A stretch of DNA of 64,000 nt, taken from positions 91,246-155,245 of IMG/VR virus record IMGVR_UViG_3300009506_000001; one strand, given 5' to 3'. The notes beneath the pieces are model-generated. The model made no database searches, was not told the origin of the DNA, and saw only the letters and a program-made list of their open reading frames with translations. Shown here piece after piece: positions 10,360 through 19,734 of the stretch. Source of the stretch: a virus. Position 1 is the stretch's first letter. The number at the start of each line of letters is the position of its first letter. A program made the translations under genes and the position numbers.

Positions 10360-11688
10360 TCAACCGTTGATCGATGACATCAATCCTAACAAATTGTTAC
10401 CACTGTTATCTATGTCAGAATCTTCTGGTGTTTCCTTTGGTTTTCCGCCCTTTGGTGGTAAGTTAAGATTATTTGGGTCTGTGATTCGTAGTGTGACTTT
10501 GTTATAGTCGAGGTAGATTGTTTGACCAACACCATCGCTGGAACGTGTTTTGAGAAACTTCAAAGCCATCTCACCCTTTGCTCTCATTGCGTCTGTCATT
10601 AGGATGCTAACGTAAACGTCAGTGGTATTGATCTTACTGATACCACCAGCAATGTGACTGTGATTGACTTCCGTTGCAGTAACAGCACCACGATTCTGCT
10701 GGGATGCTGTAATACCAACAGCGTTGTAGTCGTTTGCTATTTCACGAAGCTCTTCTGATGCTCGCTTATCTTTCTCGTGGATATTGTCGGCTGAGATCTT
10801 CTCATTTGAACCCATCAGATCGATGTAGTCGATCGCAATAACGTCCGGGATGAATCCATTCTTCAACTCGAACTCTTTTAGGTATGCTCGAATCTGGTTG
10901 CTTGTTGCACCCTGTGACATACGCTTGATGAACAACGAGCCAGACTTATCACCCGCACAGTTAATGCGGTGTGCAACTTCGTCCTTTTGCCTCTGCCAGT
11001 CTCTCGTACCAACGCCTGCGACCATTGCAATGTAGCGTTGGTAAATCATTTCCTCAGACAACTCTAGACTAATATAGAGAGCGTTTAGTCCACGCTCGAC
11101 ATAGTTGAGAGCTAGGTTTGCCATAACGATCGACTTACCGCCACCTGAGTTAGCAGATAGTAGGAGCAACTGCTTACGAGCAAGACCACCACCAAGAACG
11201 TCATCAAATTCTTTCCAGCCAGTTGGCTCGTAAATTTCTGCGGTTAAAAGACGTTCAAGAGTCTTATTGACATCGTCAAATAAACTCGTACCCAAATCTT
11301 TCTGGAGGGAGATCAAGAGGGCATTCGTAACAAGGGTTTGAATGCCAGGAAACTCTTTCTCATTGCCGCTCTCATAAATTTCGGCGGCGTTCATTATAGC
11401 CTTTCTTAGGGCTTTGTCACGACAAAACCTTTCAACCTCGTTGGAACAGTAATCAACTTTGTCTCGGGTTATATTGTCGTGGAGAGCAAACGCCTGGCCT
11501 GTTTCAGCGGCGATCTGTTGAGGTGTAGGTAGACTATTGTAGTCATTGTAGTACTCCTGAATAAACTTGACAGAGTCACGAGCCTCTGGGTCAAAGTATT
11601 CAGGTTGAATAATTGTAGTACACTTTGCGAAGACGTCGACCGACGATAGCATGTACTCAATAAGCAAGATTTGCTTTTTCAGATTCAT
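10360..11688 (-). CDS. replicative DnaB-like helicase (gp41-like)
   Basis: Walker A ANSGGGKS, YISLELSE, IDYIDLM and TASQQNR. Confidence 0.92.
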   Translation of the reverse strand: MNLKKQILLIEYMLSSVDVFAKCTTIIQPEYFDPEARDSVKFIQEYYNDYNSLPTPQQIAAETGQAFALHDNITRDKVDYCSNEVERFCRDKALRKAIMNAAEIYESGNEKEFPGIQTLVTNALLISLQKDLGTSLFDDVNKTLERLLTAEIYEPTGWKEFDDVLGGGLARKQLLLLSANSGGGKSIVMANLALNYVERGLNALYISLELSEEMIYQRYIAMVAGVGTRDWQRQKDEVAHRINCAGDKSGSLFIKRMSQGATSNQIRAYLKEFELKNGFIPDVIAIDYIDLMGSNEKISADNIHEKDKRASEELREIANDYNAVGITASQQNRGAVTATEVNHSHIAGGISKINTTDVYVSILMTDAMRAKGEMALKFLKTRSSDGVGQTIYLDYNKVTLRITDPNNLNLPPKGGKPKETPEDSDIDNSGNNLLGLMSSING

Positions 11689-11744
11689 AGCGTTCCTTAT
11701 CTTATTATTGTGTGGAACAACTATACTGTGCTAGGAGATGTAAA

Positions 11745-12797
11745 TCAACTGATTTCACGTATAGGAGGATACGTTGAATCAATAACGGTATCGAACGCAA
11801 ACAGCTCACGACCCGAAACAAATAGGGACAATTCTGCGTTGGCAGCAGTAATCTTACTTGCATCAATGACTTGGTTTTTAACCTTATCAATGTTCGTGTA
11901 TGGGTCTAGTCCAAGAAGCACATACACTTCTCGAGCTCCAAGACCCCTTGGTCCTGGTGGAGTGCCTGTGCTGTCGGTGTCAAGGGAACTAAAGTAGAAC
12001 GATGAACCATCAGGTAGGGTTCCATCGGTCATTTCAGGTATGAGTGCATCGAACGTTCGAACCTTGTATCGCTTACCCTGAATGAGAATGGTTCCATAAT
12101 CATCCCAAGGCGAATCAACGCTCGGTAGTGTTCCAATGTTGTATGTCTGGACAAGGCTGGTTAATCCATCCGGAGACTTATAGGTAATGTCCAGCGATAT
12201 GCTGTTAGGTTCAGGGATAACATCGTTGAGAGTTGCAACTGTAAGAAGCGTCCCTGTCGCAGTTAGCTGGAACTGCTCGGCAGCTGTTGTAGTTGTTGTT
12301 TCAACAACACCGGTCGATGTTGATCGGGCAATCATCTGTGCTAGACCGGACTGTGGGTCTGGGAAATGAATGATCAGGTTGTTTGCATCAACAATCTCAA
12401 TGGTGAAATTTGTAGTTTCAATCTGAGTCTGAGCTTCCGTTGTGCCACGCAGTGCACATGAGACGGTGTTGTCCGTATCAACAGATGTTGCAGCTGTGCT
12501 ATTAATGAGCACCTGAACCGAAGGCACAACGCCCATGTTGTGATTGACAAACCAATCTGTAGCAGCCACAGATTGTGTGTGGTTGTAGAGAGCACGCCGG
12601 GCTGAGTAGTCAGTCAGCCCGGGAACCCGTGCTGGTAAATCTCCACGAAGGTAGTCCTGTTTCCGGCCAATGCGATACAATTCACCACGACAGCCTTCTG
12701 TGATGGTGCAACGTTGCACTACCTCAAGGCCATACTTGTTTTCAGGAATTTCAATTTCCCTTTTACATACGGTGCATTTGTAGTCAATGACAGCCAT
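11745..12797 (-). CDS. hypothetical (probable virion structural) protein
   Basis: 350 aa, T-rich and beta-rich, N-terminal CxxC. Confidence 0.6.
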   Translation of the reverse strand: MAVIDYKCTVCKREIEIPENKYGLEVVQRCTITEGCRGELYRIGRKQDYLRGDLPARVPGLTDYSARRALYNHTQSVAATDWFVNHNMGVVPSVQVLINSTAATSVDTDNTVSCALRGTTEAQTQIETTNFTIEIVDANNLIIHFPDPQSGLAQMIARSTSTGVVETTTTTAAEQFQLTATGTLLTVATLNDVIPEPNSISLDITYKSPDGLTSLVQTYNIGTLPSVDSPWDDYGTILIQGKRYKVRTFDALIPEMTDGTLPDGSSFYFSSLDTDSTGTPPGPRGLGAREVYVLLGLDPYTNIDKVKNQVIDASKITAANAELSLFVSGRELFAFDTVIDSTYPPIREIS

Positions 12798-12806
12798 TAA
12801 ATATCC

Positions 12807-13094
12807 TTATTTGGCTAGAGCAATACTTGTGGTCTGCTCCAGATATGGCTTTTCAGCGTCTGTGGAAGGTTCCATTGGATCAACAGCAAGTGCAGCCTTA
12901 CGAATGGTGATGTCACCATCAATGTTTGTTGCTAGGAATGGGGCCATTGCCATGCCCATCTGTTGTGGACCAGTCTGGACCATCTGGATGGCTCGGACCT
13001 TGGATAGTGTGAGGGTAAACTCATCGTCGCTCTCGATACGACCAATGATTTCTTCACCGGAAAGTAGCTTCATGGAACGGATTTCTTGTGACAT
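12807..13094 (-). CDS. Sm-like fold small phage protein
   Basis: KLLSGEEIIG motif; TATAAATA promoter upstream. Confidence 0.55.
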   Translation of the reverse strand: MSQEIRSMKLLSGEEIIGRIESDDEFTLTLSKVRAIQMVQTGPQQMGMAMAPFLATNIDGDITIRKAALAVDPMEPSTDAEKPYLEQTTSIALAK

Positions 13095-13115
13095 AATTAT
13101 CTCCTGTTTGTATAT

Positions 13116-13373
13116 TTATATGCGGATGCCTATTGCATAAAAATCAAAAGGGAACAAGCCAATCTGCATCCAAAGCAATGAATATTCCTTTTGATAGAAG
13201 GCGTAACCAGACCAGATGAGGTGTGTTCCTAGAAACAAACAATATGGGATTGCACTGTGGGCAGCCATAAATGGCGACACACTAATAATACAGGCAGCCG
13301 TCAGCATCATTACGGTAGCCAAGCCCTTCAATAGACCATGTCCGTTGAATCGTTCCTTGGAAGATTGAGTCAT
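13116..13373 (-). CDS. small membrane protein
   Basis: Three hydrophobic segments. Confidence 0.6.
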   Translation of the reverse strand: MTQSSKERFNGHGLLKGLATVMMLTAACIISVSPFMAAHSAIPYCLFLGTHLIWSGYAFYQKEYSLLWMQIGLFPFDFYAIGIRI

Positions 13374-13377
13374 ATTC

Positions 13378-13746
13378 TTATTCTTTTGATTTTAGTTGTT
13401 TTCTTCTTTGTTGAGCTTTTTGACGCTGTTTCGCAATACGATCAGCGTGCTGAGAATTATCCTTTACTTCTTTGGATGAATCAACTAGCTCGCCCTCGTG
13501 GACCACAGTAACCGACTTTTTCAGAGCACGGTCAAACACTTCTTGCTCTTTTGGGGTGAGCTCTTTGGGTGGTTTTGTTCGGAGTTGGCGACGCTGCCTT
13601 GGTCGTGGAGGATGTTCCAAAAGTTTAAATATGGTCAGTGGTTTAGTAGGAAGACCATCCCTTTCCCGCCGGGCATTTTCTCTGCGTTCTTGGCGTGTTT
13701 TGATTTTGGCTTCTTCGGTGGTTTCTACAAAAACTACTTTACTCAT
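13378..13746 (-). CDS. basic hypothetical protein
   Basis: 122-aa ORF. Confidence 0.6.
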   Translation of the reverse strand: MSKVVFVETTEEAKIKTRQERRENARRERDGLPTKPLTIFKLLEHPPRPRQRRQLRTKPPKELTPKEQEVFDRALKKSVTVVHEGELVDSSKEVKDNSQHADRIAKQRQKAQQRRKQLKSKE

Positions 13747-14314
13747 AATCCTTTAAATCCTGTAATAGTGTTTCGTAACTGGATGTGCTGTCCCTACGAA
13801 TGGCATAGCAATATGGGATGTTGTAGAGAATAATCTCCGAACCGTGCTCGATTCCTTCGTGGAGATTTTCACGTGTGTATGTATATTTGAGGACCTGTTC
13901 CATCAGCTGGTTGTTGCCGTGAAATTGGGATAAGATCGCATCAAATGCTTCCATATAATCGGTGCTAGAATTGGTCACTTCCAGGCTATACATAAACTCA
14001 AACCCATTGATTGGAAATATATAAAATGGTTCTTTGTCATTTGTTTCAGCTATGAACGAAGTGGGTCCATTGGCAAACATTGCCCGTTGCCGTAAGTTTG
14101 GAATATCGTCAAACGCTTCGTTAAACGTCTTTGCAAACTGGTCTTTGCCCTTTTGTTTGCGGCGGCGCAACTTCACTTTTTGGAAATCTTCGTAGCGTGA
14201 TGGAAGGTTTTTAAGCAGTGGAAGTCCTTCGGCCATTTTCAGATAGGCTGAACACTCCGCAACGACCGGGTGTACCTTTTTGGATTTGCCGTGTAATACT
14301 TCGTCTAAATTCAT
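13739..14314 (-). CDS. hypothetical protein
   Basis: Probable start MNLDEVL downstream of a TAAATA motif. Confidence 0.65.
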   Translation of the reverse strand: MNLDEVLHGKSKKVHPVVAECSAYLKMAEGLPLLKNLPSRYEDFQKVKLRRRKQKGKDQFAKTFNEAFDDIPNLRQRAMFANGPTSFIAETNDKEPFYIFPINGFEFMYSLEVTNSSTDYMEAFDAILSQFHGNNQLMEQVLKYTYTRENLHEGIEHGSEIILYNIPYCYAIRRDSTSSYETLLQDLKDYE

Positions 14315-14333
14315 TTGTTTGACCCTCAAAGGG

Positions 14334-14354
14334 TATTTATCCTTTTCATAAATA
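14334..14354. promoter_or_regulatory. divergent pair of T4-like late promoter motifs (TAAATA)
   Basis: TATTTA at 14334-14339 and TAAATA at 14349-14354, between divergent genes. Confidence 0.6.
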
Positions 14355-14380
14355 CGAAGACACCAAGGAGACTGCACTCA

Positions 14381-16930
14381 ATGAAGCATTATGGAATTGT
14401 TAACCCCGAAGGATCAATTATCATCAACCCTGTTGTTCCTTCGGGAACAAGTGACCCTACCCAACCAGACACGGGTGAGTTATTCTTTCGGACTGATTCG
14501 AGTCGTTTGCAAGTATATGGTGGGGGATCTTGGGATAGTCTAATTCCATCAACCGAACTGTCTACTTTATACGGACCGTTGGCCGCCGACAACTCGTGGG
14601 CAGGTATTAACTCATTTCTGCAACCAGTTCTGATTAACGATCCCGTTCTTTCCATTCTTGAAATTCGAGCAACAACAGCACCCTCGGATTCCGCATTTCA
14701 AGGTATGATTACAAAGCGGTACGATGGAACGCATCGTGGATTCTTTGGTAGCGTTCCAGGTGACGTGTCCGGATATGCTTACATTGCCACTTGGGACGAC
14801 ACTGGCAGCCCACAGGGTTGGAATAAAATTTTTGCGGGTTATCCAAACTCTAATGAGTTGAAGCTTGGAACGGGCAATGATTTTTACTTCAATGATATTC
14901 TTGTTGCAATGGCTGGCTCCACAAATACATTTACAGCAGCTAATACGTTTTCCACATCCTACGCTGTCACGGATCAAAGATTCTGGGACGGCGTTGATTC
15001 TTCTGGTGGTATTGTTATTGAGCAGGAGACCTCTAACAGCTACTCAATAGCATACAACGACGATGGCGTCGGTAGTCTTTTTAATTCAACGTTAGCAGCT
15101 GTCAAGATTAGCTTCAACTCCTCAAATGGTTTCACTATTTCTGCACGACCACCAGCTGGTTCTCCAACGAGTGTATACACACCTGTATTTTATGCAAACC
15201 ATGGATCCCAACTGCTTGCACTTGGTGCGAACCTCCAGTATGGTGGTGATAACGTTGCACTTGAGTCCCGTGCAAACTTATTCAAAGTTGGACAGACACT
15301 ATATCATAACAACCCATCACTCAATTGGTTTGATACAGCAACTGTAGATCAAAACTTTACAGCATATGTCCAAAGTGGTGTGTTCAACCTTCGTGGTATG
15401 TTGGACAGTTTTGTAACAACAGCCTTTACACCACTCAAAGTAGACTACAATGCTGATACTCTTTACATTCAAAGTGGTGATATTACATTTAATGGTACAT
15501 CTTTGCTAACAGGCGGCCTGCTGAGTAATCTTGCAGATGTTGATCTAACTGGTTCACCTCCTCCACAGGTTGATGATATTCTCTACTATGCAGATGGTTC
15601 TCCTCCAACGTGGAAATTCAAAACACCAATCAAGAATGCATTGCTTCCTTATCAGTATACCGCAACAGCAGGACAGACAACGTTCAGTGGCACCGATGAT
15701 AAAGGTATCACACTTGTGTATACACCAGGCTACTTGATGGTATTCCGGAATGGTATCTTGCTCGATCCAGATGACTACACAGCAACAGATGGCACGAGCA
15801 TTGTACTTGGTGCAGCTGCAAGCCTGAATGATACTATCAACATTGTTGGCTTTGGTACTTTTGATGTTGCCAATACTTACACGAGGACAGAGGCGGATGC
15901 AACATTTGCTCCTATTGCAAGAGCAAAACCAAACCTTATTATCAATGGTGACTTTCGTGTGTGGCAACGAGGTACATCGTTCGCAGCCGCTGTTGGTGTT
16001 TATACGGCAGACCGATGGAAGCAAGGTGGAAACCACGACGGTGCTATCACTGTCCAGAAAACTTCCACATACCTTGAAGTGGATGTAACAACCGCTGACA
16101 CATCCATTGGGGCAGGACAGTACTGCCAGATGTTGTACGGCATTGAGGGATATGATGTAGAGTTCTTGGGTTGGGGTACAGCAGACGCAAAAGATGTAAC
16201 TCTTTCTTTCAAGCATGCTCACACAAAGACAGGAACATACTGTGTAAAGATTGGTAACGCTGCTGCAAATAGATCCTACATTGCAGAATACACCCAGGGT
16301 GTTGCTGACACTTGGGAAACATCCACTATTACTATTCCTGGTTGCACGGATGGTACGTGGGAGGTAACAACCTCTGCTGGTATCTATATTGTATTCACTT
16401 ACGCTGCTGGTAGCAACTATCAACTTCCTGGTAGTCCTCAACCAACCAACTCCTGGGAGGTAGGCAACTACCTCGCTTCGACTAATCAAGTAAATGCTCT
16501 GGATAGTACAAGCAACTATTTGAGATTTGATAAAGTGAAACTTGAAGAAGGTTCCATTGCAACAGATTTTGAGCCAAGACCATTTAGTGAAGAACTCACT
16601 TTGTGTCAAAGGTACTACCAGAAATCGTACGAACAGGGAACGGCTCCTGGTAGTGTCACCGCCAATGGTGCTTGGAACTTGGCTGCGGACCGTGCTGCCT
16701 TGGTCCAATACATTAGTGAACCATTTTTGGTGATGATGAGAACAACACCAACGTTTGCTGTATATGGAACAACAGGAACAAGCAATGAGATTACGGGGGT
16801 TGATTCGGCAAGCCTTACTTTTAGCACTTTTGCTGCAACCGAAAGAGGAATCCAGAATGTTGCTGCAACTGCAGCATTTACAGCCACAGACAGATACCGC
16901 TTACATTGGACAGCAAATGCTGATTACTAA
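14381..16930 (+). CDS. tail fibre / receptor-binding virion protein
   Basis: G/T/S-rich; PDTGELFF, YTATAGQTTF..VFRNGILL..DYTATDG and C-terminal NLIINGDFRVWQRGTSF...ELTLCQRYY modules; start at ATG 14381 after a GGAG SD. Confidence 0.8.
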   Translation: MKHYGIVNPEGSIIINPVVPSGTSDPTQPDTGELFFRTDSSRLQVYGGGSWDSLIPSTELSTLYGPLAADNSWAGINSFLQPVLINDPVLSILEIRATTAPSDSAFQGMITKRYDGTHRGFFGSVPGDVSGYAYIATWDDTGSPQGWNKIFAGYPNSNELKLGTGNDFYFNDILVAMAGSTNTFTAANTFSTSYAVTDQRFWDGVDSSGGIVIEQETSNSYSIAYNDDGVGSLFNSTLAAVKISFNSSNGFTISARPPAGSPTSVYTPVFYANHGSQLLALGANLQYGGDNVALESRANLFKVGQTLYHNNPSLNWFDTATVDQNFTAYVQSGVFNLRGMLDSFVTTAFTPLKVDYNADTLYIQSGDITFNGTSLLTGGLLSNLADVDLTGSPPPQVDDILYYADGSPPTWKFKTPIKNALLPYQYTATAGQTTFSGTDDKGITLVYTPGYLMVFRNGILLDPDDYTATDGTSIVLGAAASLNDTINIVGFGTFDVANTYTRTEADATFAPIARAKPNLIINGDFRVWQRGTSFAAAVGVYTADRWKQGGNHDGAITVQKTSTYLEVDVTTADTSIGAGQYCQMLYGIEGYDVEFLGWGTADAKDVTLSFKHAHTKTGTYCVKIGNAAANRSYIAEYTQGVADTWETSTITIPGCTDGTWEVTTSAGIYIVFTYAAGSNYQLPGSPQPTNSWEVGNYLASTNQVNALDSTSNYLRFDKVKLEEGSIATDFEPRPFSEELTLCQRYYQKSYEQGTAPGSVTANGAWNLAADRAALVQYISEPFLVMMRTTPTFAVYGTTGTSNEITGVDSASLTFSTFAATERGIQNVAATAAFTATDRYRLHWTANADY

Positions 16931-16942
16931 TAAGGAACAACA

Positions 16943-18058
16943 ATGAGTAAAAACCAAGAAGCTGCAGAAAGAGCATATAAAGAAACCTCAAATCCAAATA
17001 TCATTATCAATGGCGATATGCGTGTTGCTCAACGAGGCACATCCTTTCCAGCAATAACAAGTACGTATCACCTTGACCGCTGGACCTATGGAGCAAATAG
17101 TGATGCAGTTGTAACTATTAGCCAGGGGACAAATACTCCTGGTGGTTCACCACAGAATCTTTGTCCCTTTACCAAATACCTTGAATTGGATGTTACAACA
17201 GCGGATGGATCATTGTCAGCAGCACAATACAGCCACATATTGTATAATGTAGAAGGAAACGACGCTGAAATCCTCGCTATGGGTTCCTCCCTCGCTAAAG
17301 AGTTTACGATATCGTTCTGGCACGCCCATACGAAGACAGGTACACAATCAATAGCAGTCCGCAATAATGGTGGGTCACGGTCGTATGTTGCAGAGTACAC
17401 ACAGTCGGTAGCAGATACTTGGGAATATACGGAGATAACAATTCCTGGAGATACATCTGGCGCTTGGACAACTGGAACAACTCTTGGATTGAGTCTTATT
17501 TTTACTCCTGGCACTAGTAGCACATATGCTGGAACTCCTGGTTTGTGGTTGAGTGGCAACTACATTGGATCTACCGGTCAAGTAAACAATCTGGATAGCA
17601 CTAGTAACTTTTTCCGCATCACAGGTGTCAAGCTGGAAGTTGGGGGGTATGCCACACCTTGGGCACATCGTCCTTTTGCAGAGGAGTTGGCGTTGTGTCG
17701 TCGTTATTTTCAAACAAGCGACGCATACGGCACTGTGCCTTCAAATGGCGGACAGAATACAGTACAAAATGCCACTGTCGCTTACACAACTGTAGCAGGT
17801 CGGTGCCTAATAGTCCTACCAGTTGAGATGCGTACAAATCCAACAATGACTTACTACCATCCCTTGAACGGATATTCGGGGTCTCCTGGGCAGGATGGTC
17901 ATTGGCAGTATTATAACTCTGGTTACAATGATACAACCTCTGCCGTATCAACAGCAACAGGCAACACAAAGGTGATTTCGGTACAAATGCCTGGGTCTTA
18001 CACAGTCAATGACAGTATGCTGACTATTGGCTCTTGGTCAGCATCCGCTGAACTATAA
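16943..18058 (+). CDS. tail fibre-associated protein, paralog of the upstream C-terminal domain
   Basis: NIIINGDMRVAQRGTSF...EELALCRRYF is colinear with the upstream gene. Confidence 0.8.
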   Translation: MSKNQEAAERAYKETSNPNIIINGDMRVAQRGTSFPAITSTYHLDRWTYGANSDAVVTISQGTNTPGGSPQNLCPFTKYLELDVTTADGSLSAAQYSHILYNVEGNDAEILAMGSSLAKEFTISFWHAHTKTGTQSIAVRNNGGSRSYVAEYTQSVADTWEYTEITIPGDTSGAWTTGTTLGLSLIFTPGTSSTYAGTPGLWLSGNYIGSTGQVNNLDSTSNFFRITGVKLEVGGYATPWAHRPFAEELALCRRYFQTSDAYGTVPSNGGQNTVQNATVAYTTVAGRCLIVLPVEMRTNPTMTYYHPLNGYSGSPGQDGHWQYYNSGYNDTTSAVSTATGNTKVISVQMPGSYTVNDSMLTIGSWSASAEL

Positions 18059-18066
18059 GGAACATC

Positions 18067-18089
18067 AAAGGGGGCGATCGCCCCCTTTT
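18067..18089. terminator. bidirectional intrinsic terminator
   Basis: AAAGGGGG-CGATCG-CCCCCTTTT between convergent genes. Confidence 0.85.
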
Positions 18090-18106
18090 CGATTCCTCCG
18101 AGTAGC

Positions 18107-18361
18107 TTACTTCTCTTCAGGTTTGAAGTTCGCTACCTTCTCGATGAGCTCATTCGCAGTTGTAATCAACTTTGGTGCGAAGTATTTGGGACCACGACGA
18201 ATGTCGTCGATCAGGTACATGAACTCTACCTGAAAATCATAAAGGTCGGTGCCCTTCTGATTTTTGTACCCAAGATGACGACTTGCCTTGCTAAACGAGT
18301 TAGTAAGATAAGCAATCACCTGCTCGAGATTGATTTCCTTCTTCTCTTCTCTTTTGGCCAT
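18107..18361 (-). CDS. hypothetical protein
   Basis: 84-aa ORF with SD. Confidence 0.6.
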   Translation of the reverse strand: MAKREEKKEINLEQVIAYLTNSFSKASRHLGYKNQKGTDLYDFQVEFMYLIDDIRRGPKYFAPKLITTANELIEKVANFKPEEK

Positions 18362-18423
18362 ATGATTCTCCTGACCAGAGGTTTAACACAACACCCTAAT
18401 AATAGGATGCACCTACAAGTATA

Positions 18424-18642
18424 TTACTTGCCTTGCTTAGATGAGTCAACCGATGCTTCGTACAAACGATGGTTAGCAATTTCGGTGGTTAATTCATCTA
18501 CAATCTCAAATGCTTTATCGAAGCACGCCGAGACGACATCTTCGTCCTTCACATGTTTGACGATTATGGGCTCGATCAATTGCTTGACGAGTAGGAACTC
18601 GAGGTATTGGCCAATGGCCTCTTTTTCAGATTCAGTAATCAT
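18424..18642 (-). CDS. hypothetical protein
   Basis: 72-aa ORF. Confidence 0.55.
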   Translation of the reverse strand: MITESEKEAIGQYLEFLLVKQLIEPIIVKHVKDEDVVSACFDKAFEIVDELTTEIANHRLYEASVDSSKQGK

Positions 18643-18649
18643 GACCTAT

Positions 18650-19114
18650 TTAGTGTGGTACACTGACATCAAAAAGTGCGGACAGTGTGGCATACGCCTC
18701 CTCTAGTGTTTCTACACGGAAGGGACAAGCCTCACGCAGCATGGCGTGCTCATGGATGTTACCTTCCTTCTCCATCACCAATACGATAGGTTTCCGTGCT
18801 GCCTGTGCCCAAGCAATTTCCATAACGGTACCAATGCTGACACGATCCGCACCCAAAAGATTAACAAGCAGGGCGTCGCAGCGGTGTGTGTCCCACGAGT
18901 CTCTGGCAAATATGCCACGCTGACACGAAAGCAGGCTTTCTGTGTATTGGTCTGCTACAGATGTCTCTTGGCGAAGGTATTGTTTGGAACGCATTGGAGA
19001 AAGACCTACCAAACCGGCAGGGGCATTTTGGACAAAATGTTCACGCCAGTCCGTACAACCAGTATATGTTTTTCCGGTTATGGGCCCAGCTAAATAAATG
19101 AGTGCCTCGGTCAT
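18650..19114 (-). CDS. nucleoside 2-deoxyribosyltransferase-like protein
   Basis: IYLAGPI, RD..CD, SIGTVMEIAWA and KPIV motifs; start moved to MTEAL. Confidence 0.8.
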   Translation of the reverse strand: MTEALIYLAGPITGKTYTGCTDWREHFVQNAPAGLVGLSPMRSKQYLRQETSVADQYTESLLSCQRGIFARDSWDTHRCDALLVNLLGADRVSIGTVMEIAWAQAARKPIVLVMEKEGNIHEHAMLREACPFRVETLEEAYATLSALFDVSVPH

Positions 19115-19263
19115 AATTGTACCTTTTGATTTTGTTGTTATTCGTTGTTGAGCAGCGTACAATAAAAAACCAAGCAGGGCAACACACCATAACCCTTGAC
19201 GGTCAGTGGGGTTTGAAATATACTGCCAAACAAACATAATAATAACTAAATAGACCTTACCTA

Positions 19264-19707
19264 ATGAAAGAAAAATTCATCACAGCCCACATGCGTGCGG
19301 CATTCGTATATGCCGAGCTATCTTCTTGCGTTCGCAGGAAGGTTGGATGTGTCATTGTTAAGAACGGCACCCCAATTGCGATTGGGTACAATGGCACGCC
19401 GTCGGGAGAGGACAACTGTTGCGAAACGGAAGAGAATGTGACAAAACCAAATGTAATCCACGCCGAAGACAACGCTCTTCGCAAACTCACAAAGAGTTCC
19501 GAATCCGCAGAGGGAGCGATCATGTTTGTCACAACAGCTCCATGTGAAAGCTGTGCATCCAGGATCATCGATGCTGGTATTTCAAAGGTATATTACGTAG
19601 ATCTGTATCGCAACAAAGACGGTATAGACTACCTAAACGCACGCCGTCTGGAAACGCATCAGCTCCCAGCTGAACTCTTTCCCGACCGCTACCAACCTAA
19701 CAATTAA
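19264..19707 (+). CDS. dCMP deaminase
   Basis: GYNGTP, HAEDNA and PCESC motifs. Confidence 0.93.
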   Translation: MKEKFITAHMRAAFVYAELSSCVRRKVGCVIVKNGTPIAIGYNGTPSGEDNCCETEENVTKPNVIHAEDNALRKLTKSSESAEGAIMFVTTAPCESCASRIIDAGISKVYYVDLYRNKDGIDYLNARRLETHQLPAELFPDRYQPNN

Positions 19708-19734
19708 TAATAAAAATAATAAGGAGCATTATCG

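Noticed and set aside
15554-16708. Long antisense ORFs (also 35003..35971, 51920..52726 and others)
   Set aside because: Shadows of well-supported genes on the opposite strand, with no recognisable motifs.
14381-18058. Diversity-generating retroelement TR/VR pair
   Set aside because: No reverse transcriptase in the window, and the paralogs differ at all bases rather than only at adenines.
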